A stretch of 64,000 nucleotides of DNA from assembly GCA_018056165.1 (NCBI GenBank), contig JAGPGD010000002.1:7686-71685 (forward strand). Direction: 5' to 3'. This document shows positions 39,667-50,600 of this stretch, piece after piece. The notes under the pieces are model-generated. The model worked only from the letters and a program-made list of their open reading frames with translations. It was not told the DNA's origin and made no database searches. Both the position numbers and the translations under genes were made by a program. This DNA comes from Paludibacteraceae bacterium. GTDB lineage: Bacteria; Bacteroidota; Bacteroidia; Bacteroidales; Paludibacteraceae. Within the stretch, counting starts at the first letter, position 1; each line of letters starts with the position of its first letter.

Positions 39667-42501
39667 TTAAATTGTATGTTTGAATAAAAATATAGTATCT
39701 AGTAAAAGTCCGTTATAGGCAGAATTTAATATAAAATCCTGTGTTTCTGTTCGTAGTTGATCCCATTTACTACTGAAAGCATCTTTAATTGTTGCCTCTG
39801 TGAACTTTTTGAATGTATCATCTTTTTTAGCGTCATTTACATTATACCATTCACGTAATTTATTTGTGAGCATTTCTTCAATGAAATTAATTTGAGAACT
39901 TGAAATATTATTATTCAAGATTTCCCATAAATCGACCATTTCTGAATATTGATACAAATAATATGGCCTTTGAGAATAAAGTTTATAATCATTACCAGCT
40001 CTTTTTTTATTGTTGTAAATAATATTAAATCTGTCGTTAGTTCCAAGAAGCAAATCGAAATCGAAGTATCCTGGATATAATGCAAAACTTTTTCCTTTAG
40101 ATAAGGTGGAAAGATCGTCAAGATTGTAAGAATCTTTTTTAATTAAAGGATAATAATTGTAATAATTATCGGTTCTAAGTCCATTTATATCCCACCAAGC
40201 ATCCATCAATTCCGGGTCTTTGAATTCCTTATTTCGCAGCATTCTTCCTCCAGCTTCAAGAAGGACATAAAGGGGAAATTTTCTGTTTGCAACAAGTAAA
40301 CTCATATTGAGAGGCAATTTTCCCAAAACCTTTTCAAATCTATCATTGCAAAGCTTTATTACTGAATTCATTATTTTTGCTGAATCTGCTGCAGGCACAA
40401 TAAGTCTGAGCGAGAGAGGTGATTTTGTAAGTTCAATAAAGGGATAATACTCTTCTAAAGCTGGATTATTAATTTTTAAATTTTGATTATTCTCGATTAA
40501 ATTATCTTCAGAATTATCTTCCTCTGAAATAAATTCTATTTCTTTATTTAAAGCCTCTTTAGCTGCTTCCACACCTGATTTATTTTGAAATTTATATTTT
40601 TCAAGTGATTCAATGGTATAAAATTCTCCATTTGAAGTATGCATGGCTAAAATACTTTCAGGATTTAATCCTTCTATTTTTATTATTAAAGGAGCATATT
40701 CTAAATTCTTTAAATCTATCTTATCTTTTGAAGCATTATCTATAAAGAAATGTAGCCTTTTCCATTTGTTTGAATAGATATTGTTTTTTTTTATCGCATT
40801 AATAAACAACTCAAAAAATTCTTTTGTTTCTGTCCATATTCGGTATAGCCGAGCAGGTGAAGGATTCTGAGTGAAGAGATAGGTAGCAAGATTTTCTTTA
40901 TTTAATTGATTTGTTTCTATTTTCTCTTTTATGTTTGAAAGATAATGGGAAAGGTTAGAATTATTTATCTTTACATCTTCAAAAAAAGTATTTAATAACT
41001 TTGCTGCTTTATCTTTATCTTTATCTTTATCGGAATCTTTGATACTTAATATCTTTTCTAAAACTTTATAAACACAATCTTTATTTGCTTGAACCAGATT
41101 ATTTTGTATAGCTTGCCATTTTTTACTATTTTTCCAGTCCTCGAAAGTTTGGGAAAAAAGAGTTTTAACCATTGTGCCATCAAGCCATCTGTCAAGATCG
41201 AAGCTAAAAGTTAGCAAAGCAATTCTATTGTTAGTGTCGGCAACCTCATCGAGCCAGATGGTATTTTCTCTATTGTCGAACCATTTACTCAATCTGTTCC
41301 TTTTTCTGCCTTCACACACCTGACATCTTTCGTCATCTTCAGGTTTGGACCTTAATCGGCATACCGGGCAAATATCCTCTCCATTTTTTGATTCTGGCAT
41401 TTCGGGATTATCAAAAAATATTTGTTTTTGCTCTTCTATAAATAGAGCAGGTGTCATCTTTGGTATATTTCTTTTTTCATCAGCAAATTGTAGTTCTTTT
41501 GAGAGAATAGTAAGAGTTCTTGAGGCTTTACTCAATGTGAAAAACGGCCATAGTTCGTCATTACTTGTATCTCTTATAATTTTTAGTCCGATTTCAATGC
41601 ATTCTTTTGCAAGTTTTTTTGAGTCATTACTTAATGCAGGAAAAGTAAAATAAATCCCATTGATGTCTTCGTAGATTACATTGCCAATGGGAATCTCATT
41701 TTCAAACTCATTTTGCAATTTGTTTTTAATTTCTTCAATAATTCTACTTCTACTGATAATGTCAGCAATTTTATTACCTTTATTTATAAACCCAATGCCA
41801 TCCCAGCAAAATCCAAAGATTCTCCACTGTAATTTATCAGGATTTAAAGTTTCATCTAAAGCCATTGAACACAATACGGATTTAAAAAGTGATGCAGTAG
41901 AATGAGAATGATCCCAGAGAGTAACATCATTTGCTGGAATTCTTGTTTCACCCAGAGCGTGAGAGAAAGTTGTTTTTACATTAGTTACTATAGAACTCCG
42001 AAAGCAGGTTATATCCGTACTTCTGGTAGTATAATTCTGAAACAAGACTTTTAAATTGTTTTGCAAATCGTCAAGTCTCTTTTTTAAACATTGCAGGTCA
42101 ATTTTTTCTTTAGGAAAACCAAATGGTGAAGTTATAATAGTACTATCTTTTGGCTGTTTTCTTCTCACAACTCCTTTATCATCAGCTGAATCTAATCGGT
42201 CACATTTTTCTAAATATGTTAAAAGGGTTCCCGCAACATCATGGTGATAACGAATAAGATCATAAACTGATTTTTCTTCATTATTGAATTTTATTTTTAC
42301 TTTTTTAAAGACATTAATAAGTTCGGGATTTAAAAGTTTATCAATTTCTCTTGCATGATGTGGCAATCCTTTTATTCTTTCTGCAGACTGTTTTTCGACA
42401 AAATTCGGATCGCATTTCCCGATATCATGAAGCAGAGCTCCAATTTCGCCAAGGAGAATATTATCTCTTTTATTCTTTATATTTTCTATTAAATTGTTCA
42501 T
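39667..42501 (-). CDS. cas10: Cas10 (Cmr2-like large subunit) with N-terminal HD domain and no recognisable GGDD cyclase motif
   Basis: HD motifs (GALLHDIGK, RYHHDVAG, LDSADD). Palm-1-like FGFCWDGIGFINKGNKIADIISRSR. Zn ribbon CPVCRLR..CQVCEGR. Palm-2-like RIALLTFSFDLDRWLDG and SPARLYRIW. Post-GGDD-type block LPLNMSLLVANRKFPLYVLLEAGGRML. No GGDD or GGDE string occurs anywhere in the 944 aa. Confidence 0.8.
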   Translation of the reverse strand: MNNLIENIKNKRDNILLGEIGALLHDIGKCDPNFVEKQSAERIKGLPHHAREIDKLLNPELINVFKKVKIKFNNEEKSVYDLIRYHHDVAGTLLTYLEKCDRLDSADDKGVVRRKQPKDSTIITSPFGFPKEKIDLQCLKKRLDDLQNNLKVLFQNYTTRSTDITCFRSSIVTNVKTTFSHALGETRIPANDVTLWDHSHSTASLFKSVLCSMALDETLNPDKLQWRIFGFCWDGIGFINKGNKIADIISRSRIIEEIKNKLQNEFENEIPIGNVIYEDINGIYFTFPALSNDSKKLAKECIEIGLKIIRDTSNDELWPFFTLSKASRTLTILSKELQFADEKRNIPKMTPALFIEEQKQIFFDNPEMPESKNGEDICPVCRLRSKPEDDERCQVCEGRKRNRLSKWFDNRENTIWLDEVADTNNRIALLTFSFDLDRWLDGTMVKTLFSQTFEDWKNSKKWQAIQNNLVQANKDCVYKVLEKILSIKDSDKDKDKDKAAKLLNTFFEDVKINNSNLSHYLSNIKEKIETNQLNKENLATYLFTQNPSPARLYRIWTETKEFFELFINAIKKNNIYSNKWKRLHFFIDNASKDKIDLKNLEYAPLIIKIEGLNPESILAMHTSNGEFYTIESLEKYKFQNKSGVEAAKEALNKEIEFISEEDNSEDNLIENNQNLKINNPALEEYYPFIELTKSPLSLRLIVPAADSAKIMNSVIKLCNDRFEKVLGKLPLNMSLLVANRKFPLYVLLEAGGRMLRNKEFKDPELMDAWWDINGLRTDNYYNYYPLIKKDSYNLDDLSTLSKGKSFALYPGYFDFDLLLGTNDRFNIIYNNKKRAGNDYKLYSQRPYYLYQYSEMVDLWEILNNNISSSQINFIEEMLTNKLREWYNVNDAKKDDTFKKFTEATIKDAFSSKWDQLRTETQDFILNSAYNGLLLDTIFLFKHTI

Positions 42502-43427
42502 GGTTTCAATTTCAATTCTTCTATTTTTTTGTTCAGATCTTCTAGGTTAGAAAAATCAGTTACTTCTATATCTCTGTCTTTCTTTATCCATAATTTTCCT
42601 TCCTCTAATTTTTCTTCAATTACACCAAACCCACTTGTTTTTTTTGCAGAAAAGCCATAGGTATAGAACATCAACCGTAATGCATCCGCTAAAAAATTCA
42701 AATCCTCTGCCGCCTCATCTTCTTTAAAATTGTCCCCTTTTGGATAAGGGAAATACAATAGGTAAAAATCGGCACTTTTTCCCGGTTTCATCACCTCAAG
42801 ATTTATAGGTGCTTTACCTTTAGGAGGAGTCCTAGTATCTCGTTTCAATGGAGTGATCACATCTCTTTCGGCGTTATCCTTAAAAAAGGTAGGAAAGAAA
42901 TAGAGTCTTCCTTTTAATTGATTCTCTTTTTCTTCCGATTCCGAGCCAAAGATCCTTTTAATAATTCTCTTCTTTTTTTCATTTTCCCCCTTTACTTTAC
43001 CTGCGGCAAAACGCAAATGTCCTTTCCATGTTGAAGGCTTTACCATGGGAAGCCCTGTGAATTTATCTCTGGCGATGGGATTTTCTGTAATTTTACCATT
43101 AAGAATACGAAACTCTTCCTCGTCTTTACTTGTATAGGGCTTTTTGAGAGTAAAAGAAATTTTTAAAAGAGTGGTATTTTGAGGAAGATTTTGAATATCA
43201 TTTTCTGAAGGATAAAAACAATTTATATTTTTATTTTCTGCTAATTTTTCCTTATCATTTTTCTTTTGTTTAGCTAAAGGAAGCATAAATATTTCTTCCA
43301 ACCAGAGATTACATTTTTCTTGTTCATTTTTACGTTCTATTTTATTTTGATTTTCTTTTTTCCAATCTTCAAAATTTTTTATATCGGTGACGATAAGCCT
43401 TGAAAGATAATAATCATGTATAATCAT
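42498..43427 (-). CDS. cmr6: Type III RAMP, Cmr6-like (Cas7 family)
   Basis: FTGLPMVKPSTWKGHLRFA, IFGSESE..KGRLYFFPTFF, and C-terminal G-rich YGFSAKKTSGFGVI. 4-nt overlaps with both neighbouring genes. Confidence 0.6.
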   Translation of the reverse strand: MIIHDYYLSRLIVTDIKNFEDWKKENQNKIERKNEQEKCNLWLEEIFMLPLAKQKKNDKEKLAENKNINCFYPSENDIQNLPQNTTLLKISFTLKKPYTSKDEEEFRILNGKITENPIARDKFTGLPMVKPSTWKGHLRFAAGKVKGENEKKKRIIKRIFGSESEEKENQLKGRLYFFPTFFKDNAERDVITPLKRDTRTPPKGKAPINLEVMKPGKSADFYLLYFPYPKGDNFKEDEAAEDLNFLADALRLMFYTYGFSAKKTSGFGVIEEKLEEGKLWIKKDRDIEVTDFSNLEDLNKKIEELKLKP

Positions 43428-44464
43428 AATAAGTCCTCCACTAATTTTTTACCGGATTTTTCCTCTTTCAGATCGCAAAATTCTAATTTATTTTCTTCTT
43501 TGGAAAATAACATCTGATTTATTCTTTCTTCCATATTGGTTTTGATGTTTTCTTTTAAATAATCATTAAGATCATGTCCCCAAATTCTAATTTCTACAGT
43601 TCTTTCATCAATTTTATAACCATGAGAAACAAAAATTTTAGAACCTTTACCCATTTCACCGAAAATTGTATGTCTTTTATTATAATTGCTTTCTAAAGAT
43701 CTTAACGCATCTCTAATATGAAACGCGATAGGTAGGAAATGATAGTCTTCCCATAAGGTTTCCCAGTGACCCCAATTATCTTTAAATTTTTTATGTTTGG
43801 GAGAATGGGTCCCAAAAACTTTATTTTCAATTAAGTTATTGATATCTTCTTTGAATTTAATATGAAACTTATAAAAGAAGAAATGTTCTAAGTTGGGTGA
43901 GTTAATGGTATGACTTATTATTTTTCTTAACCCGGATTTATCCACCTTTTCGTCATTATTCGCTAAACTATTCTTAACAATTTCTATTACTCCATTCCCT
44001 TGTGATATACGTGCTCCTATGGCACCATAGTTCGCTATTATTTTAAAGGTAGCATTCAACAATGTTAATTCATTAGAAGTAATTTTTCTTAATGGTATAA
44101 ATTTCAAAATTATTGGTTCATTAGACATAAAACCTGAAACACTTCTTTTTAAATATTTTTTTTTATGACTCATTCTTGTCCCTATTTGTATTTCTGGGAT
44201 TTTATGGTTAAAGTTAACTTCCAGTCTGAACTTCCTTGCCCATCCTGTGCAGCCAAATAACTCACATGCATCACAATGTTCTTTTTCTTTACATTTTGTA
44301 TTTGTTGGGTCACAAGCATATCCTCCAAGCCCTCTGATCAGTGCTTCGTACCACCATCTCAGGCTCCCTATTATTCCCGTTTCTCTCAGTGTGGGGCTTT
44401 CCCTTTGAGCATTGCCTGTCCAGATTGGGGTTAATGATCTAATTTCAACTGCATATTCTTTCAT
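43424..44464 (-). CDS. cmr1: Type III RAMP Cmr1-like (Cas7 family), first gene of the operon
   Basis: SLTPIWTGNAQRESPTLRETGIIGSLRWWYEALIRG and CDACELFGCTGW are Cmr1-type motifs. 346 aa. Confidence 0.7.
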   Translation of the reverse strand: MKEYAVEIRSLTPIWTGNAQRESPTLRETGIIGSLRWWYEALIRGLGGYACDPTNTKCKEKEHCDACELFGCTGWARKFRLEVNFNHKIPEIQIGTRMSHKKKYLKRSVSGFMSNEPIILKFIPLRKITSNELTLLNATFKIIANYGAIGARISQGNGVIEIVKNSLANNDEKVDKSGLRKIISHTINSPNLEHFFFYKFHIKFKEDINNLIENKVFGTHSPKHKKFKDNWGHWETLWEDYHFLPIAFHIRDALRSLESNYNKRHTIFGEMGKGSKIFVSHGYKIDERTVEIRIWGHDLNDYLKENIKTNMEERINQMLFSKEENKLEFCDLKEEKSGKKLVEDLL

Positions 44465-44560
44465 TTTGCTGTTTCATAAAATGTTAAATGACAGGTATAA
44501 TACCTACATTGGGTTAAATTTCACAAGTTTTTTATTGTAACCACGATTTTTATTCGACTT

Positions 44561-44568
44561 CAAATGTA
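44561..44568 (-). promoter_or_regulatory. -7 promoter box (TACATTTG on the minus strand) between the array end and cmr1
   Basis: CAAATGTA on the plus strand, ~97 nt upstream of the cmr1 ATG at 44464. Confidence 0.35.
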
Positions 44569-44625
44569 TAATTTTATTTTTAAACTTAAAAAGAATGATT
44601 CATTTTTATGCATGCATTTGCTTAT

Positions 44626-47600
44626 ATTTCAATTCCTTCTGGTGCGATTAAAAGATTTATTGCATTTATAACTCTCGTATCATAGGTGTGTTATTTCAAT
44701 TCCTTCTGGTGCGATTAAAAGTTTTAAGTCTTTTAACGCCGATTTAACAAAAATATAATTTCAATTCCTTCTGGTGCGATTAAAAGTGCCAATCTTGCAT
44801 CTGGTGAATATTCTGAATCTCCATTTCAATTCCTTCTGGTGCGATTAAAAGTATAATTCAATAGGAAATAATTTTAATTATAATTCAATATTTCAATTCC
44901 TTCTGGTGCGATTAAAAGTTTGATGTAAGAGCGAGTTCTAATACAACCTCTACTTATTTCAATTCCTTCTGGTGCGATTAAAAGAAAACTGCACTAAATA
45001 AGGTTCACTTGCTGTACTGCATTTCAATTCCTTCTGGTGCGATTAAAAGTGTAATCTTGTAAAACTATACTTAATTCATCGATACATTTCAATTCCTTCT
45101 GGTGCGATTAAAAGAAAACTGCACTAAATAAGGTTCACTTGCTGTACTGCATTTCAATTCCTTCTGGTGCGATTAAAAGTGTTCATAATATCCATAATAA
45201 TCCGATTTTAATCGCATTTCAATTCCTTCTGGTGCGATTAAAAGTATGGAGAAGAAAATGCAAAATTGGTAGAAAAACAATTTCAATTCCTTCTGGTGCG
45301 ATTAAAAGCGTGCATCGCTGCGTGAAATAAAAGGTATTTTCACGCATTTCAATTCCTTCTGGTGCGATTAAAAGTGCTAAAAACGTATATGGAAGTATAA
45401 ATAGGCTGCTATTTCAATTCCTTCTGGTGCGATTAAAAGAATGCGTCGAAAATTGCACTTTTAATAAAAAAAATCATTTCAATTCCTTCTGGTGCGATTA
45501 AAAGCCGTATTACAGGAAGTTATTCAGCAAATTAAGCAGAATTTCAATTCCTTCTGGTGCGATTAAAAGTATCAATTCTTTTACGTCTATCCAAAAATAA
45601 TCTGTATTTCAATTCCTTCTGGTGCGATTAAAAGATTTAATTGAAGACAAGGCGGTTCAAATATACATTAATTTCAATTCCTTCTGGTGCGATTAAAAGT
45701 TGACCGAAAAATCATAGTTGGCTTTGCCGAAAATATATTTCAATTCCTTCTGGTGCGATTAAAAGAAACAAGAACAAAAAGCTTTAATGGATTTCGACAT
45801 AAATTTCAATTCCTTCTGGTGCGATTAAAAGTTTCTGCAATTCAGGAACAACAAGCTGCTTCAAAATTTCAATTCCTTCTGGTGCGATTAAAAGTTGCGA
45901 ACAGGGCAAACCGGCGTTCCAACTAAATGAGAATTTCAATTCCTTCTGGTGCGATTAAAAGGCTGACTGCGATTACATAGCAATTGAAAATCCGGTATTT
46001 CAATTCCTTCTGGTGCGATTAAAAGAATCCTTGTTGTATTATGCCAATTCGCTTTCGGCATTTCAATTCCTTCTGGTGCGATTAAAAGAACTATATTTAC
46101 AGGCGAATGCAAGATTGCATCGGCATTTCAATTCCTTCTGGTGCGATTAAAAGTTAATAAATATTTTCTTGGAATAACTTCCGTTATTGCATTTCAATTC
46201 CTTCTGGTGCGATTAAAAGCGTTGCTTTGCAATGCCTAAAACAAGTGAAAGTCGTCCGTTATTGCATTTCAATTCCTTCTGGTGCGATTAAAAGATGGTG
46301 GAAGAACCAGAAACCTGCAAAAACATGATAATTTCAATTCCTTCTGGTGCGATTAAAAGCTTTTCAATAGTCTCATAAAATTCATCTAATTCTTTTATTT
46401 CAATTCCTTCTGGTGCGATTAAAAGACTATTGAGAAAAAAAGAATTTTTACCCCATTTATATTTCAATTCCTTCTGGTGCGATTAAAAGTTTGAATATAA
46501 ACCAGACGGAAGCACCGGTGCAAAATTTCAATTCCTTCTGGTGCGATTAAAAGCTGGATTAGATATTATAAAATCATTACAGAGATTTTAATTTCAATTC
46601 CTTTTGGTGCGATTAAAAGTCGTTTTTTCATTCATTTTATCCATAAAAGGAATAACGCATTTCAATTCCTTTTGGTGCGATTAAAAGTTTTGGTTAAGTC
46701 TTGCAAGTTCGCTTTCTGATAGATTTCAATTCCTTTTGGTGCGATTAAAAGCAATAATAGCTGCAATAGCTGCTGCTATTATGCTCAATTTCAATTCCTT
46801 TTGGTGCGATTAAAAGCGAGAAAAGCAAATTTATGATTTGATTCAAATGTAATTTCAATTCCTTTTGGTGCGATTAAAAGATTTAAAACTGCCACCAACA
46901 GATAATAATTGTAAGATATTATTTCAATTCCTTTTGGTGCGATTAAAAGCGCCTGAACGATCTTTTGATGCTTCTAAATTGTTTCAATTTCAATTCCTTT
47001 TGGTGCGATTAAAAGTAGATATTGCTGATAAAAGCTGTTGCACGAAAATCTCATTTCAATTCCTTTTGGTGCGATTAAAAGATAAGAACATATAAATAAA
47101 TTCTATTGCTTTGCTATCATTTCAATTCCTTTTGGTGCGATTAAAAGACACGCAATTCAGACAGAATTCAAAAGAAATGGGAAATTTCAATTCCTTCTGG
47201 TGCGATTAAAAGTTCAACTCCTGATTACATTGACAAGTCAATTGTTGGTTTCAATTCCTTCTGGTGCGATTAAAAGAAATTCACCCCACCCAAAAGCCCG
47301 TCCAGCTTTACGAAGTTTCAATTCCTTCTGGTGCGATTAAAAGTTATTAAATTCTTTTACATATTTGTCTGAATTACAAGTTTCAATTCCTTCTGGTGCG
47401 ATTAAAAGTAAAAAAATTATTCGTATAGCTTGCGAGGAGTTGTTGTTTCAATTCCTTCTGGTGCGATTAAAAGCATAATCGATAAAATAACTTTATACAA
47501 CGCTGATTGTAGTTTCAATTCCTTCTGGTGCGATTAAAAGTTATAAAATGAATTAATTGTTAACTTTTCTTCATCGTTTCAATTCCTTCTGGTGCGATTA

Positions 47601-50600
47601 AAAGTTTTAAACTTCAAGAAAAATATAATATAGGTACTGCGAAGTTTCAATTCCTTCTGGTGCGATTAAAAGTATCGTATTTTTCAAGAACGAAATCACG
47701 AATTTTATGTTTCAATTCCTTCTGGTGCGATTAAAAGAACAGCTTTAACAAGTTGTTGAAATTCTGATGTGTCGTTTCAATTCCTTCTGGTGCGATTAAA
47801 AGAGGAGCTGTTTGGTGATTATTTCTCACCAAGCTGCGTTTCAATTCCTTCTGGTGCGATTAAAAGTCAGGAATTGAGAAATGAAATAAAAAGGCTCAAT
47901 AGTTTCAATTCCTTCTGGTGCGATTAAAAGAAGAAGTTAAACAAATTAATTATCCTCAACTTCAAGTTTCAATTCCTTCTGGTGCGATTAAAAGTATTAT
48001 ATAAGCTCTCATAATGTTAAATTTTTAAGTTTCAATTCCTTCTGGTGCGATTAAAAGTTGGTGGTCTTCTGGTTTTTTTCTTTTTTCCGCAGTTTCAATT
48101 CCTTCTGGTGCGATTAAAAGCATGATCTCACCAGCAGGCGTGCTTCGTGAAATTCTGACGTTTCAATTCCTTCTGGTGCGATTAAAAGATTTTTGACAAT
48201 TTCTAATTTAATACTCTTGTCAATGTTTCAATTCCTTCTGGTGCGATTAAAAGAGAAGTTAAACAAATTAATTATCCTCAACTTCAAGTTTCAATTCCTT
48301 CTGGTGCGATTAAAAGATATCAGAGAAAATTTGCAATGTATGCTAGACGTGGCATGTTTCAATTCCTTCTGGTGCGATTAAAAGCCAATGCCGTTAAATT
48401 TTCTTTAACTTTTTCGCTGTTTCAATTCCTTCTGGTGCGATTAAAAGTAAAAGGCTTTGGATTTTGACGGGGGTTATAAATGTTTCAATTCCTTCTGGTG
48501 CGATTAAAAGATTCGCAACTTTTTTAAGTTTGTTAATAATAGGTAGTTTCAATTCCTTCTGGTGCGATTAAAAGATTCGCAACTTTTTTAAGTTTGTTAA
48601 TAATAGGTAGTTTCAATTCCTTCTGGTGCGATTAAAAGCTGAAATTCTTGAACAGTCCCGACACTCCGATGCTGTGTTTCAATTCCTTCTGGTGCGATTA
48701 AAAGTTTTTGCTGTGTTAAAACTTTTAACAATACCATGATTGTTTCAATTCCTTCTGGTGCGATTAAAAGTTTAATTGTTGCTCCGAAGCGTGTTGCCGA
48801 GCATGTGGTTTCAATTCCTTCTGGTGCGATTAAAAGAGTTATGAAACAATTTAAGGATAAGGAATTTGATCGTTTCAATTCCTTCTGGTGCGATTAAAAG
48901 TGACAATATTTGAAAAATTATGTTACATCGCAGATGTTTCAATTCCTTCTGGTGCGATTAAAAGAAAACGTGCTTTCTACAATGCTTTTATCGATATAGT
49001 CGTTTCAATTCCTTCTGGTGCGATTAAAAGATGGTGGTTCGTTTTCTTCTTCCTCAAACTCGAAGTTTCAATTCCTTCTGGTGCGATTAAAAGCAAAATT
49101 GTATATTCTTTAAAATCAGATAGATACATGTTTCAATTCCTTCTGGTGCGATTAAAAGGATTATAAGTTTGATGATAAATCAAAGCACGAAAAAGTTTCA
49201 ATTCCTTCTGGTGCGATTAAAAGTTTGTTCACCAAACGATAAAAATTTTCTTTCAAAAGTTTCAATTCCTTCTGGTGCGATTAAAAGATTTTCCTGAATG
49301 GTATTCTGAATTTGATTTTATCGAGTTTCAATTCCTTCTGGTGCGATTAAAAGCTCAAAAAGCACGAGGCGTGAAATGTAAGGATTTGGTTTCAATTCCT
49401 TCTGGTGCGATTAAAAGGATTATAAGTTTGATGATAAATCAAAGCACGAAAAAGTTTCAATTCCTTCTGGTGCGATTAAAAGCTGGTGTTACATCAAACT
49501 TTTTCTCAAAATGATAGTTTCAATTCCTTCTGGTGCGATTAAAAGAGTGTTAAACGGAGCGACAACAGTAATAAAAAGGCTGTTTCAATTCCTTCTGGTG
49601 CGATTAAAAGGGACTTCGGAGACACACGAGACCCGAATTGTTTAGTGTTTCAATTCCTTCTGGTGCGATTAAAAGTGTCTTTTCTTTCCATTTGTCGAAT
49701 TGTCCGTTGTCGTTTCAATTCCTTCTGGTGCGATTAAAAGTTTTGCAGAATGTTAACAATTCTTGTATTCCCTCCTGGTTTCAATTCCTTCTGGTGCGAT
49801 TAAAAGCATAATGAGGGGCATTAATATAAATTTTTGCGTTGTTTCAATTCCTTCTGGTGCGATTAAAAGCACCTGAACCAACTGCCCCAGCCAGTAGCAC
49901 GCCGTTTCAATTCCTTCTGGTGCGATTAAAAGTTCATTGCGCGGTTATTTGTTGTACTTCTTTTGCTGTGTTTCAATTCCTTCTGGTGCGATTAAAAGGC
50001 CTTCTACATACCCGTTAACTCCCTCGTCGTCTATGTTTCAATTCCTTCTGGTGCGATTAAAAGCGCCAGTTTCGGCGTGGATAGTTCGGATTTGATATGC
50101 GTTTCAATTCCTTCTGGTGCGATTAAAAGTTCTTTTATACATTCAAACAAATAACAAGCTATCTCGTTTCAATTCCTTCTGGTGCGATTAAAAGATTCCT
50201 TTGAAGTCTTCAAAATTTGAAATAACAAAATGTATGTTTCAATTCCTTCTGGTGCGATTAAAAGTCGTGGAATGTTAAAAGAAAAAAAGATATGGGTTTA
50301 GTTTCAATTCCTTCTGGTGCGATTAAAAGAAAACGTGCTTTCGACAATGCTTTTATCGATATAGTCGTTTCAATTCCTTCTGGTGCGATTAAAAGTAAGC
50401 AGCATTGGACTGTTTTCAATGATGACATATTTGTTTCAATTCCTTCTGGTGCGATTAAAAGCCTCTTGCAACCACACATGCTCGGCAACACGCTTGTTTC
50501 AATTCCTTCTGGTGCGATTAAAAGAAATTTTAAAAAGTTCAAATTCATACCTTGTTACAATGTTTCAATTCCTTCTGGTGCGATTAAAAGCAACAATTGC

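Noticed and set aside
41007-41030. Hexanucleotide microsatellite (CTTTAT x4, encoding DKDKDKDK) inside cas10 as a possible phase-variation switch.
   Set aside because: The unit length is a multiple of three, so slippage would only add or remove DK dipeptides in a low-complexity insert. It would not switch the gene off.
44565-44593. Possible decayed terminal repeat (TGTATAATTTTATTTTTAAACTTAAAAAG), 32 nt before the first array repeat.
   Set aside because: Only about 13/29 positions match, in very AT-rich DNA, and mostly the AAAAG tail. This is too weak to call. It also overlaps the putative cmr promoter box.
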